48,993 nt of DNA from assembly GCA_004431415.1 (NCBI GenBank), contig QPMI01000321.1, positions 1 to 48,993 on the forward strand, read 5' to 3'. Below are positions 23,459-36,200 of this stretch, in pieces. The notes beneath the pieces are model-generated. The model was given only the letters and a program-made list of their open reading frames with translations, was not told where the DNA came from and did not search any database. Position numbers and translations under genes: made by a program. This DNA comes from Cyanophora paradoxa CCMP329 (lineage: Eukaryota > Plantae > Glaucophyta). Positions within the stretch are counted from its first letter, which is position 1. Every line of letters begins with the position of its first letter.

Positions 23459-25018
23459 GCCGCCGCTGACCGTGCATCACGAGGGCGCACTGCAGGCCGC
23501 GCGAGACGCGCACGAGGAGCTCGAGGGCGGCGTGCACGGGCTGCACCGCGGGGGCCGCCGCGGCGACGGCGAGCGAAGCCTGCTCGACGGCGCGGAGCGA
23601 GGCGGAGGCGGCGTCCTGCTCGGGGGACTCGCCGGCGGCGAGGACGGCGCGCAGGGTGCCGAGGGCGTCGGCGAGGAGGCGGATGCGCCCGTGCCAGTCG
23701 ATCTGCTCGCCCAGCGGGACGAGGCTCGTAGAGACGGCCAGGATCGCCTCCGCCGCCACCGTCCCCGCCGCCTCCAGCGTGCGCAACGTCCGCACCAGCG
23801 CCCCGCGCGAATCCACGGGGAGCGAGAGGATACCACGCAGCTCGCTCGACGCGAGGCCCAGCGCGCGGTGCGGCTCGCGCCCGCCCCCGCCGGCCGCGCC
23901 ATGGCCGTGCCCCCCGCCCCCCGCCCTGGGCGTCGGCGAGGTCGACTTGGGCGAGTTGGGCGGCGTCGTGTGCCAGAAGATGCAGTTCTTCCCGAACACG
24001 CAGAAGCCCTCCTGCGCGCACCGCATGGTCTGCATTAAAAGGCGCCCCGTAAAATAGACGAGACATAAAATCGCGGGCACCTTGTAGAATCGGGTGCAAG
24101 GCCTACGACGAACAGCCAGGATTAGAAGAAGCCGCCGCCAGACACGATACGAATCCGCGGGCACCTTAGTTTCTGCTTGTAGAACGAGGCGGCTGGGCGC
24201 TGCTCCTCCTCAGAATGGGCGAAATAGCAGTCTGGGGGAAGAAGTCAAAATTGCTATTTTAAACCCTGCAGTACTCGCAAAGCTCACCTTCCGAACTGTT
24301 CGTTGTTGATGCGAGAGCAAGAACATGTCAGAAAGACGGCAGAGCGAGAAGCCCACGGCCGCCGGGCGACAGGACTAGAGGACTAGAGGCGGTCAAACTT
24401 CTACGAGCGGGGATGACGCACGAGTGCTTGCACTCTTGCCGGACGAAGCGCTGCCGGAGCGTGAGTGCGAGTGCTTGCAATATTAAGATACATCCATACA
24501 CAGGGCTCTTTCACGCACATGCTTGCACAAAACGGTCTTGCAGGAGGGGCCTTTCGGGCAGAAAGCGCGCTTCTGCATGTGGATGCACGGCCCGGCGCTC
24601 GCCGAAGCGATGAGGTCGCTCTTTGAAGGCCGTGCATCTTGCAGTTGGCAAGATCCAGACAGGTCCGAGTCCGAGCCCGTGCTGTGCGTCCGCCCGCCGT
24701 TCAGACTGCTGTGGTGGCCATCACTGCAGTCGCTCACGCCGTCCAGACCGAGGCCCAGGTCGACAATCTGCGCCAGACGCTCTGGTCACCAACCGGCACC
24801 TAATCGTTCCGCGCGCGAGGAAGGCTCTTCGGCGCCCAGGCCTTGCGCGTGCGCCGCGAAAGTGGGCGTACCTGTGCAGAGGAAAATGGAAGGGAGTGCG
24901 ATGCGCCAACGCTGTTGGCCGACGAGCTCGAGGTCTTCGACAGGAGGTCACTCGCCTCGATGACAGCGCTGATGTCGGAAGCATGCGAGGCGGGCCACAG
25001 GGCCATGTCAAGGCCCAT
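22572..25018 (-). CDS. Tandem CCCH zinc-finger protein with poly-Q tract
   Basis: Hand-spliced: ..KTVLCKH|RFVRQECKHS|SE|DCYFAHSEEEQR..KLR|PCTRFYK|EGFCVFGKNCIFWH (C-x8-C-x6-C-x3-H and C-x8-C-x5-C-x3-H), then a helical region and Q18. Start ATG 25018 or 25006 inferred; stop 22572 tentative. Confidence 0.75.
23403..23456. repeat. (CTG)18 / (CAG)18 microsatellite encoding poly-Gln
   Basis: Pure CTG run on the + strand, read as Q18 in the minus-strand CCCH gene frame. Confidence 0.95.
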
Positions 25019-25302
25019 CGTGCTTGTGGTCTGCAGGGGCGGTCCCCGCGCGCAGTATTCGAGGCGCTGCAGCCGCTGCTGCCGAGACTGGTTCTTGCGC
25101 AGGTGCACGTGGTGGTCGTACGCGTACGTATCAGGTATACACGCTAGCGCTTTTCCTGCCACCGTCCGGACTGCTGCGCGCACCTATACTCTGCAATCTG
25201 TTAGGCGAGTCCAAGGCGACACGATCATCGGATATCGATGGGTTTGTCGGTGAAGTTGTCGCCTCGCGCTCCGGCCGGCCGCGACCGGCCCAGCCTGCCA
25301 GG

Positions 25303-25325
25303 TGCGAGGGGCTAGACAGGCCGGT
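25303..25325 (+). repeat. Left 23-bp terminal inverted repeat
   Basis: Perfect reverse complement of 37512-37534; followed by a degenerate direct copy AGGGGTATGACAGGCCGG at 25330-25347. Confidence 0.85.
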
Positions 25326-26260
25326 TATCAGGGGTATGACAGGCCGGAAACCCTCTTTTCCAGATGTCCCAGAACTGTATGATTTTAAAAAAGGAGTTCG
25401 CGGTGTCTGAGGGGCTTCGTTTGTGCAAAAGCATGGAGCATTATACGACTAGACCCGATATCTTTGCAGCCAGGCGGCGTCTATGAACTGGGCTCCGTAT
25501 GGTCGACCTTGCAACCACGCACAAGCGCTAGCACGCAGTTCTGGGCGCCGCAAGCAGCTGCGACATGAGGCGCAGGCCAAAACGCAACGTTTCAGCTAGT
25601 TAGCCCGCCGCTTAGAGTGACGACGTCGACAGGCGGCCGCAAGGGGGGTACGCATTGCAGTCAGCAAGCACGACGTCACTCTGCGCCCGCAGACCGTCGG
25701 ACTCTGCAGGCGCAGCGCTAGCACCGCACGTGAGCAGCTGTGCGGCCGGCCGCACGCATGTGATCGTGAGCAGCTCTGCTTGAAAATCGCGAGCTCGTTA
25801 TGATTAGCAGCTATAGGACGCGGAGCGGCAAGCGCACTATAGAGCTAGAACAAGTATACAGCATAAGGAATCTATATTAGCTACACGCGCGCATTTGCCG
25901 CCCTCTCGCTCGCGTGTGCACGTACGCGTGGTCATTTGACCACACAGCATGCGCAGCATATGCATATCGCGCAGCTGCAGCTGCAACTTGCAACCGAGAG
26001 CCGGACACTTAGCAGCTCATCTAACACTGTGAGTCGCCTTACTTTGAAGCTACATAAACTGCCTAACTTGCTCGCAGCGCTAATCCAATCGCTCTCTGTG
26101 GCGTGTGGCCAATTGGCCACACAGCAGCTGAACAGAGAAGCGAGCCTTTTCACGGCGCAACGCGATCAACCGGCGAACGAAAGCGCATGCCGGTACTAAT
26201 TGCATACTTTCCTTGCTTCCTTCTCTTAAAAACCCATCAGCAGCGGGCCCGCCCCCCTCT

Positions 26261-29200
26261 CCCTGCCCCCCGGCCGCCCCGCAACCAGGTACCCCCCTTG
26301 GGCGCTCCCGGCCGGGGTCCCCCCCTAGGCTCGGCCCCTCGGGCGCGCTAGCGGCGGGCCCCGCGCGCCGTCGCCGTCGCTTTAATCCTGACATCGAATT
26401 CTCGGCCGCAGTGAGCCCGCCCCTGCCCCCGGCCGCCCCGCAACCAGGTACCCCCTTGGGCGCTGCCGGCCGGGGTCCCCCCTAGGCTCGGCCCCTCGGG
26501 CGCGCTAGCGGCGGGCCCCGCGCGCCGTCGCCGTCGCTTTAATCCTGACATCGAATTCTCGGCCGCAGTGAGCCCGCCCCCTGCCCCCCGGCCGCCCGCA
26601 ACCAGGTACCCCCTTGGGCGCTCCCGGCCGGGGTCCCCGCCTAGGCTCGGCCCTCGGGCGCGCTAGCGGCGGGCCCCGCGCGCCGTCGCCGTCGCTTTAA
26701 TCCTGACATCGAATTCTCGGCCGCAGTGAGCCCGCCCCTGCCCCCCGGCCGCCCCGCAACCAGGTACCCCCTTGGGCGCTCCCGGCCGGGTCCCCCCTAG
26801 GCTCGGCCCCTCGGGCGCGCTAGCGGCGGGCCCCGCGCGCCGTCGCCGTCGCTTTAATCCTGACATCGAATTCTCGGCCGCAGTGAGCCCGCCCCCTGCC
26901 CCCCGGCCGCCCCGCAACCAGGTACCCCCTTGGGCGCTCCCGGCCGGGGTCCCCCCTAGGCTCGGCCCCTCGGGCGCGCTAGCGGCGGGCCCCGCGCGCC
27001 GTCGCCGTCGCTTTAATCCTGACATCGAATTCTCGGCCGCAGTGAGCCCGCCCCTGCCCCCGGCCGCCCCGCAACCAGGTACCCCCTTGGGCGCTGCCGG
27101 CCGGGGTCCCCCCTAGGCTCGGCCCCTCGGGCGCGCTAGCGGCGGGCCCCGCGCGCCGTCGCCGTCGCTTTAATCCTGACATCGAATTCTCGGCCGCAGT
27201 GAGCCCGCCCCCTGCCCCCGGCCGCCCCGCAACCAGGTACCCCCCTTGGGCGCTCCGGCCGGGGTCCCCCCTAGGCTCGGCCCTCGGGCGCGCTAGCGGC
27301 GGGCCCCGCGCGCCGTCGCCGTCGCTTTAATCCTGACATCGAATTCTCGGCCGCAGTGAGCCCGCCCCTGCCCCCCGGCCGCCCCGCAACCAGGTACCCC
27401 CCTTGGGCGCTCCCGGCCGGGGTCCCCCCTAGGCTCGGCCCTCGGGCGCGCTAGCGGCGGGCCCCGCGCGCCGTCGCCGTCGCTTTAATCCTGACATCGA
27501 ATTCTCGGCCGCAGTGAGCCCGCCCCCTGCCCCCCGGCCGCCCCGCAACCAGGTACCCCCTTGGGCGCTGCCGGCCGGGGTCCCCCCTAGGCTCGGCCCC
27601 TCGGGCGCGCTAGCGGCGGGCCCCGCGCGCCGTCGCCGTCGCTTTAATCCTGACATCGAATTCTCGGCCGCAGTGAGCCCGCCCCTGCCCCCCGGCCGCC
27701 CGCAACCAGGTACCCCCTTGGGCGCTCCCGGCCGGGGTCCCCCCTAGGCTCGGCCCTCGGGCGCGCTAGCGGCGGGCCCCGCGCGCCGTCGCCGTCGCTT
27801 TAATCCTGACATCGAATTCTCGGCCGCAGTGAGCCCGCCCCCTGCCCCCGGCCGCCCCGCAACCAGGTACCCCCTTGGGCGCTCCCGGCCGGGGTCCCCC
27901 CTAGGCTCGGCCCTCGGGCGCGCTAGCGGCGGGCCCCGCGCGCCGTCGCCGTCGCTTTAATCCTGACATCGAATTCTCGGCCGCAGTGAGCCCGCCCCTG
28001 CCCCCGGCCGCCCCGCAACCAGGTACCCCCCTTGGGCGCTCCCGGCCGGGGTCCCCCCTAGGCTCGGCCCCTCGGGCGCGCTAGCGGCGGGCCCCGCGCG
28101 CCGTCGCCGTCGCTTTAATCCTGACATCGAATTCTCGGCCGCAGTGAGCCCGCCCCTGCCCCCGGCCGCCCCGCAACCAGGTACCCCCTTGGGCGCTGCC
28201 GGCCGGGGTCCCCCCTAGGCTCGGCCCCTCGGGCGCGCTAGCGGCGGGCCCCGCGCGCCGTCGCCGTCGCTTTAATCCTGACATCGAATTCTCGGCCGCA
28301 GTGAGCCCGCCCCCTGCCCCCCGGCCGCCCCGCAACCAGGTACCCCCTTGGGCGCTCCCGGCCGGGTCCCCCCTAGGCTCGGCCCCTCGGGCGCGCTAGC
28401 GGCGGGCCCCGCGCGCCGTCGCCGTCGCTTTAATCCTGACATCGAATTCTCGGCCGCAGTGAGCCCGCCCCTGCCCCCCGGCCGCCCCGCAACCAGGTAC
28501 CCCCTTGGGCGCTGCCGGCCGGGGTCCCCCCTAGGCTCGGCCCTCGGGCGCGCTAGCGGCGGGCCCCGCGCGCCGTCGCCGTCGCTTTAATCCTGACATC
28601 GAATTCTCGGCCGCAGTGAGCCCGCCCCTGCCCCCCGGCCGCCCCGCAACCAGGTACCCCCTTGGGCGCTCCCGGCCGGGTCCCCCCTAGGCTCGGCCCC
28701 TCGGGCGCGCTAGCGGCGGGCCCCGCGCGCCGTCGCCGTCGCTTTAATCCTGACATCGAATTCTCGGCCGCAGTGAGCCCGCCCCTGCCCCCCGGCCGCC
28801 CCGCAACCAGGTACCCCCTTGGGCGCTCCCGGCCGGGGTCCCCCCTAGGCTCGGCCCTCGGGCGCGCTAGCGGCGGGCCCCGCGCGCCGTCGCCGTCGCT
28901 TTAATCCTGACATCGAATTCTCGGCCGCAGTGAGCCCGCCCCTGCCCCCCGGCCGCCCCGCAACCAGGTACCCCCTTGGGCGCTCCCGGCCGGGGTCCCC
29001 CCTAGGCTCGGCCCCTCGGGCGCGCTAGCGGCGGGCCCGCGCGCCGTCGCCGTCGCTTTAATCCTGACATCGAATTCCCGGCCGCAGTGAGCCCGCCCCC
29101 TGCCCCCCGGCCGCCCCGCAACCAGGTACCCCCCTTGGGCGCTGCCGGCCGGGGTCCCCCCCTAGGCTCGGCCCCTCGGGCGCGCTAGCGGCGGGCCCCG

Positions 29201-32200
29201 CGCGCCGTCGCCGTCGCTTTAATCCTGACATCGAATTCTCGGCCGCAGTGAGCCCGCCCCCTGCCCCCCGGCCGCCCCGCAACCAGGTACCCCCTTGGGC
29301 GCTGCCGGCCGGGGTCCCCCCTAGGCTCGGCCCTCGGGCGCGCTAGCGGCGGGCCCCGCGCGCCGTCGCCGTCGCTTTAATCCTGACATCGAATTCTCGG
29401 CCGCAGTGAGCCCGCCCCCTGCCCCCCGGCCGCCCCGCAACCAGGTACCCCCTTGGGCGCTCCCGGCCGGGGTCCCCCCTAGGCTCGGCCCCTCGGGCGC
29501 GCTAGCGGCGGGCCCCGCGCGCCGTCGCCGTCGCTTTAATCCTGACATCGAATTCTCGGCCGCAGTGAGCCCGCCCCTGCCCCCCGGCCGCCCCGCAACC
29601 AGGTACCCCCCTTGGGCGCTGCCGGCCGGGGTCCCCCCTAGGCTCGGCCCCTCGGGCGCGCTAGCGGCGGGCCCCGCGCGCCGTCGCCGTCGCTTTAATC
29701 CTGACATCGAATTCTCGGCCGCAGTGAGCCCGCCCCCTGCCCCCCGGCCGCCCCGCAACCAGGTACCCCCTTGGGCGCTGCCGGCCGGGGTCCCCCCTAG
29801 GCTCGGCCCCTCGGGCGCGCTAGCGGCGGGCCCCGCGCGCCGTCGCCGTCGCTTTAATCCTGACATCGAATTCTCGGCCGCAGTGAGCCCGCCCCTGCCC
29901 CCCGGCCGCCCCGCAACCAGGTACCCCCTTGGGCGCTCCCGGCCGGGGTCCCCCCCTAGGCTCGGCCCCTCGGGCGCGCTAGCGGCGGGCCCCGCGCGCC
30001 GTCGCCGTCGCTTTAATCCTGACATCGAATTCTCGGCCGCAGTGAGCCCGCCCCCTGCCCCCCCGCCGCCCCGCAACCAGGTACCCCCCTTGGGCGCTCC
30101 CGGCCGGGGTCCCCCCTAGGCTCGGCCCCTCGGGCGCGCTAGCGGCGGGCCCCGCGCGCCGTCGCCGTCGCTTTAATCCTGACATCGAATTCTCGGCCGC
30201 AGTGAGCCCGCCCCTGCCCCCGGCCGCCCCGCAACCAGGTACCCCCTTGGGCGCTCCCGGCCGGGGTCCCCCCTAGGCTCGGCCCCTCGGGCGCGCTAGC
30301 GGCGGGCCCGCGCGCCGTCGCCGTCGCTTTAATCCTGACATCGAATTCTCGGCCGCAGTGAGCCCGCCCCTGCCCCCGGCCGCCCCGCAACCAGGTACCC
30401 CCCTTGGGCGCTGCCGGCCGGGGTCCCCCCTAGGCTCGGCCCCTCGGGCGCGCTAGCGGCGGGCCCCGCGCGCCGTCGCCGTCGCTTTAATCCTGACATC
30501 GAATTCTCGGCCGCAGTGAGCCCGCCCCCTGCCCCCGGCCGCCCCGCAACCAGGTACCCCCCTTGGGCGCTGCCGGCCGGGGTCCCCCCTAGGCTCGGCC
30601 CCTCGGGCGCGCTAGCGGCGGGCCCCGCGCGCCGTCGCCGTCGCTTTAATCCTGACATCGAATTCTCGGCCGCAGTGAGCCCGCCCCCTGCCCCCCGGCC
30701 GCCCCGCAACCAGGTACCCCCCTTGGGCGCTGCCGGCCGGGGTCCCCCCCTAGGCTCGGCCCCTCGGGCGCGCTAGCGGCGGGCCCCGCGCGCCGTCGCC
30801 GTCGCTTTAATCCTGACATCGAATTCTCGGCCGCAGTGAGCCCGCCCCCTGCCCCCCCGGCCGCCCCGCAACCAGGTACCCCCTTGGGCGCTGCCGGCCG
30901 GGGTCCCCCCTAGGCTCGGCCCCTCGGGCGCGCTAGCGGCGGGCCCCGCGCGCCGTCGCCGTCGCTTTAATCCTGACATCGAATTCTCGGCCGCAGTGAG
31001 CCCGCCCCTGCCCCCCGGCCGCCCCGCAACCAGGTACCCCTTGGGCGCTCCCGGCCGGGGTCCCCCCTAGGCTCGGCCCCTCGGGCGCGCTAGCGGCGGG
31101 CCCCGCGCGCCGTCGCCGTCGCTTTAATCCTGACATCGAATTCTCGGCCGCAGTGAGCCCGCCCCCTGCCCCCCGGCCGCCCCGCAACCAGGTACCCCCT
31201 TGGGCGCTCCCGGCCGGGGTCCCCCCTAGGCTCGGCCCCTCGGGCGCGCTAGCGGCGGGCCCGCGCGCCGTCGCCGTCGCTTTAATCCTGACATCGAATT
31301 CTCGGCCGCAGTGAGCCCGCCCCTGCCCCCCGGCCGCCCCGCAACCAGGTACCCCCTTGGGCGCTGCCGGCCGGGGTCCCCCCTAGGCTCGGCCCTCGGG
31401 CGCGCTAGCGGCGGGCCCGCGCGCCGTCGCCGTCGCTTTAATCCTGACATCGAATTCTCGGCCGCAGTGAGCCCGCCCCTGCCCCCGGCCGCCCCGCAAC
31501 CAGGTACCCCCTTGGGCGCTGCCGGCCGGGGTCCCCCCTAGGCTCGGCCCCTCGGGCGCGCTAGCGGCGGGCCCCGCGCGCCGTCGCCGTCGCTTTAATC
31601 CTGACATCGAATTCTCGGCCGCAGTGAGCCCGCCCCCTGCCCCCGGCCGCCCCGCAACCAGGTACCCCCTTGGGCGCTGCCGGCCGGGTCCCCCCTAGGC
31701 TCGGCCCCTCGGGCGCGCTAGCGGCGGGCCCCGCGCGCCGTCGCCGTCGCTTTAATCCTGACATCGAATTCTCGGCCGCAGTGAGCCCGCCCCCTGCCCC
31801 CCGGCCGCCCCGCAACCAGGTACCCCCTTGGGCGCTGCCGGCCGGGGTCCCCCCTAGGCTCGGCCCTCGGGCGCGCTAGCGGCGGGCCCGCGCGCCGTCG
31901 CCGTCGCTTTAATCCTGACATCGAATTCTCGGCCGCAGTGAGCCCGCCCCCTGCCCCCGGCCGCCCCGCAACCAGGTACCCCCTTGGGCGCTGCCGGCCG
32001 GGGTCCCCCCTAGGCTCGGCCCTCGGGCGCGCCAGCGGCGGGCCCCGCGCGCCGTCGCCGGCGCATTAGTCCTGACATCGAATTCTCGGCCGCAGTGAGC
32101 CCGCCCCCTGCCCCCCGGCCGCCCCGCAACCAGGTACCCCCCTTGGGCGCTCCCGGCCGGGGTCCCCCCCTAGGCTCGGCCCCTCGGGCGCGCCAGCGGC

Positions 32201-32256
32201 GGGCCCCGCGCGCCGTCGCCGTCGCTTTAATCCTGACATCGAATTCTCGGCCGCAG
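26261..32256 (+). repeat. Satellite A, ~158-161 bp unit, ~38 tandem copies
   Basis: Unit ..GCAACCAGGTACCCCCTTGGGCGC..CCTAGGCTCGGC..GCTAGCGG..GCTTTAATCCTGACATCGAATTCTCGGCCGCAGTGAGCCC.. repeated head to tail, with one EcoRI, KpnI, AvrII and NheI site in most units. Copy number estimated from length. Confidence 0.97.
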
Positions 32257-33276
32257 AGAGCCTCCCCCCCCCACCCACCCCTGCCCACCCCTCCGTTTAT
32301 GTTATGATGTGAATAATGTACGAGTGAACTCTCGACGACTTCAAGGCTTTTAAGTAGCTGGCTGACGGTGCCACTGTGGTCTGTCCTAGTGGAATCGTCC
32401 GGGCATGGAGCCGTCATTCACAGTATACGTGGGGGCACTAAGCAGCACTAGCTATATAGGCAGCACTAGGCAGCACTGTGGCACAAAATCTAATTACTAC
32501 ACGCGAGTTCCAGTGAATGGGTGATATATTAGGCTTATATTAGTCTTTATAAGCGATATACATGCTTATGTTGAGTGCTCATCGAGAGTCCAACCAAGGT
32601 CATTCATCATGATGACTGAGTTGGGTGATGATCAGTTGATGTGTTTGAGAGCTCGTTGAACGATTTATCGGATTTCCATTAAGCGGGAGGATATCCGAGC
32701 CCGATACATGGCATGTATTCTGAAAGCGCTTTTTATTGTCGTTCACATGATATGCTTGAGTCTTATTGATCTGAATTCCATCCAGAGATAATCAGCTATA
32801 AATGATCCAACCCCTCCTGTGCACCCCCCACAACCTCGAGGCCCGCCTCTTGCCTGCCGCCCGGAGACCTCGGCTCATCTTAAAGATTCGGCATCCTCGT
32901 TCATAGTATGTTGCTTTTCAGTGCTCCGATTCGGGCGCGGGGCCTGCCCTGGGGTGGCCAGGCGCGGTTCATCGGGCCCAACACCTCATGCGCCCCATCA
33001 CTACCTTGCAATTGAGGCGGGCCTTTCGTCTTGCGCCCGGGGCCCCGGGCTCATCTTCTACATTATATATCTCTGTTCCCCGTATTTTGTTTCGCAGCGC
33101 CTCGATTCAGTTGCGGGGCCTGCCCTAGTCGCATGAGAGCATGCGTTGCGGATGCGTTGTACTTTCATTGCATGCATATGCGTAGCGGATGCGGTGTTCA
33201 TGCTTTGCACATGCGTCGAACATGCGTACAGATGCTTTGTATTTTCCCTCTACATCTCATCTCTTGACGGAGAGCA
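32257..33276. other. AT-richer unique core between the two satellite arrays
   Basis: Sharp drop in GC relative to the flanking arrays; no convincing ORF. Confidence 0.8.
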
Positions 33277-36200
33277 CGGCCCGGGGCTCGCACCAGGGGT
33301 ACAGCGTTCAGGGGGCGGCGGGGGCAGGGGGGGAGGGTCCCTGCGCGCGCGGCGGTCAGACCCAGGCCATATTTAGAATCTCTATCCGTCGACGCGCGCT
33401 TGTAGGGCCCTCGCCGGGCCATCGGCTGGCGGGGAGCGCGGCCCGGGGCTCGCACCAGGGGTACCGGGTTCAGGGGGCGGCGGGGCAGGGGGGAGGGTCC
33501 CTGCGCGCGCGGCGGTCAGACCCAGGCCATATTTAGAATCTTTATCCGTCGACGCGCGCTTGTAGGGCCCTCGCCGGGCCATCGGCTGGCGGGGAGCGCG
33601 GCCCGGGGCTCGCACCAGGGGTACCGGGTTCAGGGGGCGGCGGGGGCAGGGGGGGTGGGTCCCTGCGCGCGCGGCGGTCAGACCCAGGCCATATTTAGAA
33701 TCGCTATCCGTCGACGCGCGCTTGTAGGGCCCTCGCCGGGCCATCGGCTGGCGGGGAGCGCGGCCCGGGGCTCGCACCAGGGGTACAGCGTTCAGGGGGC
33801 GGCGGGGGCAGGGGGTGGGTCCCTGCGTGCGCGGCGGTCAGACCCAGGCCATATTTAGAATCGCTATCCGTCGACGCGCGCGTGTAGGGCCCTCGCCGGG
33901 CCATCGGCTGGCGGGGAGCGCGGCCCGGGGCTCGCACCAGGGGTACCGGGTTCAGGGGGCGGCGGGGGCAGGGGGGAGGGTCCCTGCGCGCGCGGCGGTC
34001 AGACCCAGGCCATATTTAGAATCGCTATCCGTCGACGCGCGCGTGTAGGGCCCTCGCCGGGCCATCGGCTGGCGGGGAGCGCGGCCCGGGGCTCGCACCA
34101 GGGTACAGCGTTCAGGGGCGGCGGGGGCAGGGGGGTGGGTCCCTGCGCGCGCGGCGGTCAGACCCAGGCCATATTTAGAATTGCTATCCGTCGACGCGCG
34201 CTTGTAGGGCCCTCGCCGGGCCATCGGCTGGCGGGGAGCGCGGCCCGGGGCTCGCACCAGGGGTACCGGGTTCAGGGGGCGGCGGGGCAGGGGGGAGGGT
34301 CCCTGCGCGCGCGGCGGTCAGACCCAGGCCATATTTAGAATCTTTATCCGTCGACGCGCGCTTGTAGGGCCCTCGCCGGGCCATCGGCTGGCGGGGAGCG
34401 CGGCCCGGGGCTCGCACCAGGGGTACAGCGTTCAGGGGGCGGCGGGGGCAGGGGGGGAGGGTCCCTGCGCGCGCGGCGGTCAGACCCAGGCCATATTTAG
34501 AATCTCTATCCGTCGACGCGCGCTTGTAGGGCCCTCGCCGGGCCATCGGCTGGCGGGGAGCGCGGCCCGGGGCTCGCACCAGGGGTACCGGGTTCAGGGG
34601 GCGGCGGGGGCAGGGGGGGAGGGTCCCTGCGCGCGCGGCGGTCAGACCCAGGCCATATTTAGAATCTTTATCCGTCGACGCGCGCTTGTAGGGCCCTCGC
34701 CGGGCCATCGGCTGGCGGGGAGCGCGGCCCGGGGCTCGCACCAGGGGTACCGGGTTCAGGGGGCGGCGGGGGCAGGGGGGTGGGTCCCTGCGCGCGCGGC
34801 GGTCAGACCCAGGCCATATTTAGAATCGCTATCCGTCGACGCGCGCTTGTAGGGCCCTCGCCGGGCCATCGGCTGGCGGGGAGCGCGGCCCGGGGCTCGC
34901 ACCAGGGGTACAGCGTTCAGGGGGCGGCGGGGGCAGGGGTGGGTCCCTGCGTGCGCGGCGGTCAGACCCAGGCCATATTTAGAATCGCTATCCGTCGACG
35001 CGCGCGTGTAGGGCCCTCGCCGGGCCATCGGCTGGCGGGGAGCGCGGCCCGGGGCTCGCACCAGGGGTACCGGGTTCAGGGGGCGGCGGGGGCAGGGGGG
35101 AGGGTCCCTGCGCGCGCGGCGGTCAGACCCAGGCCATATTTAGAATCGCTATCCGTCGACGCGCGCGTGTAGGGCCCTCGCCGGGCCATCGGCTGGCGGG
35201 GAGCGCGGCCCGGGGCTCGCACCAGGGTACAGCGTTCAGGGGCGGCGGGGCAGGGGGGTGGGTCCCTGCACGCGCGGCGGTCAGACCCAGGCCATATTTA
35301 GAATCGCTATCCGTCGACGCGCGCTTGTAGGGCCCTCGCCGGGCCATCGGCTGGCGGGGAGCGCGGCCCGGGGCTCGCACCAGGGGTACCGGGTTCAGGG
35401 GGCGGCGGGGGCAGGGGGGAGGGTCCCTGCGCGCGCGGCGGTCAGACCCAGGCCATATTTAGAATCTTTATCCGTCGACGCGCGCTTGTAGGGCCCTCGC
35501 CGGGCCATCGGCTGGCGGGGAGCGCGGCCCGGGGCTCGCACCAGGGGTACAGCGTTCAGGGGCGGCGGGGCAGGGGGTGGGTCTCTGCGCGCGCGGCGGT
35601 CAGACCCAGGCCATATTTAGAATCGCTATCCGTCGACGCGCGCTTGTAGGGCCCTCGCCGGGCCATCGGCTGGCGGGGAGCGCGGCCCGGGGCTCGCACC
35701 AGGGGTACAGCGTTCAGGGGGCGGCGGGGGCAGGGGGTGGGTCCCTGCGCGCGCGGCGGTCAGACCCAGGCCATATTTAGAATCGCTATCCGTTGACGCG
35801 CGCTTGTAGGGCCCTCGCCGGGCCATCGGCTGGCGGGGAGCGCGGTCCGGGGCTCGCACCAGGGGTACAGCGTTCAGGGGGCGGCGGGGGCAGGGGGTGG
35901 GTCCCTGCGCGCGCGGCGGTCAGACCCAGGCCATATTTAGAATCGCTATCCGTCGACGCGCGCTTGTAGGGCCCTCGCCGGCCATCGGCTGGCGGGGAGC
36001 GCGGCCCGGGCTCGCACCAGGGGTACAGCGTTCAGGGGCGGCGGGGCAGGGGGTGGGTCTCTGCGCGCGCGGCGGTCAGACCCAGGCCATATTTAGAATC
36101 GCTATCCGTCGACGCGCGCTTGTAGGGCCCTCGCCGGGCCATCGGCTGGCGGGGAGCGCGGCCCGGGGCTCGCACCAGGGGTACCGGGTTCAGGGGGCGG

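Noticed and set aside
24412-24520. Apparent F-box-like peptide on the + strand (LALLPDEAL..LAILRYI)
   Set aside because: Needs a frameshift and overlaps well-supported minus-strand CCCH exons.
32257-33276. Transposase remnant, rRNA/5S or snoRNA in the central core
   Set aside because: Only short uninformative ORFs; no recognisable rRNA, tRNA or complete C/D-box structure.
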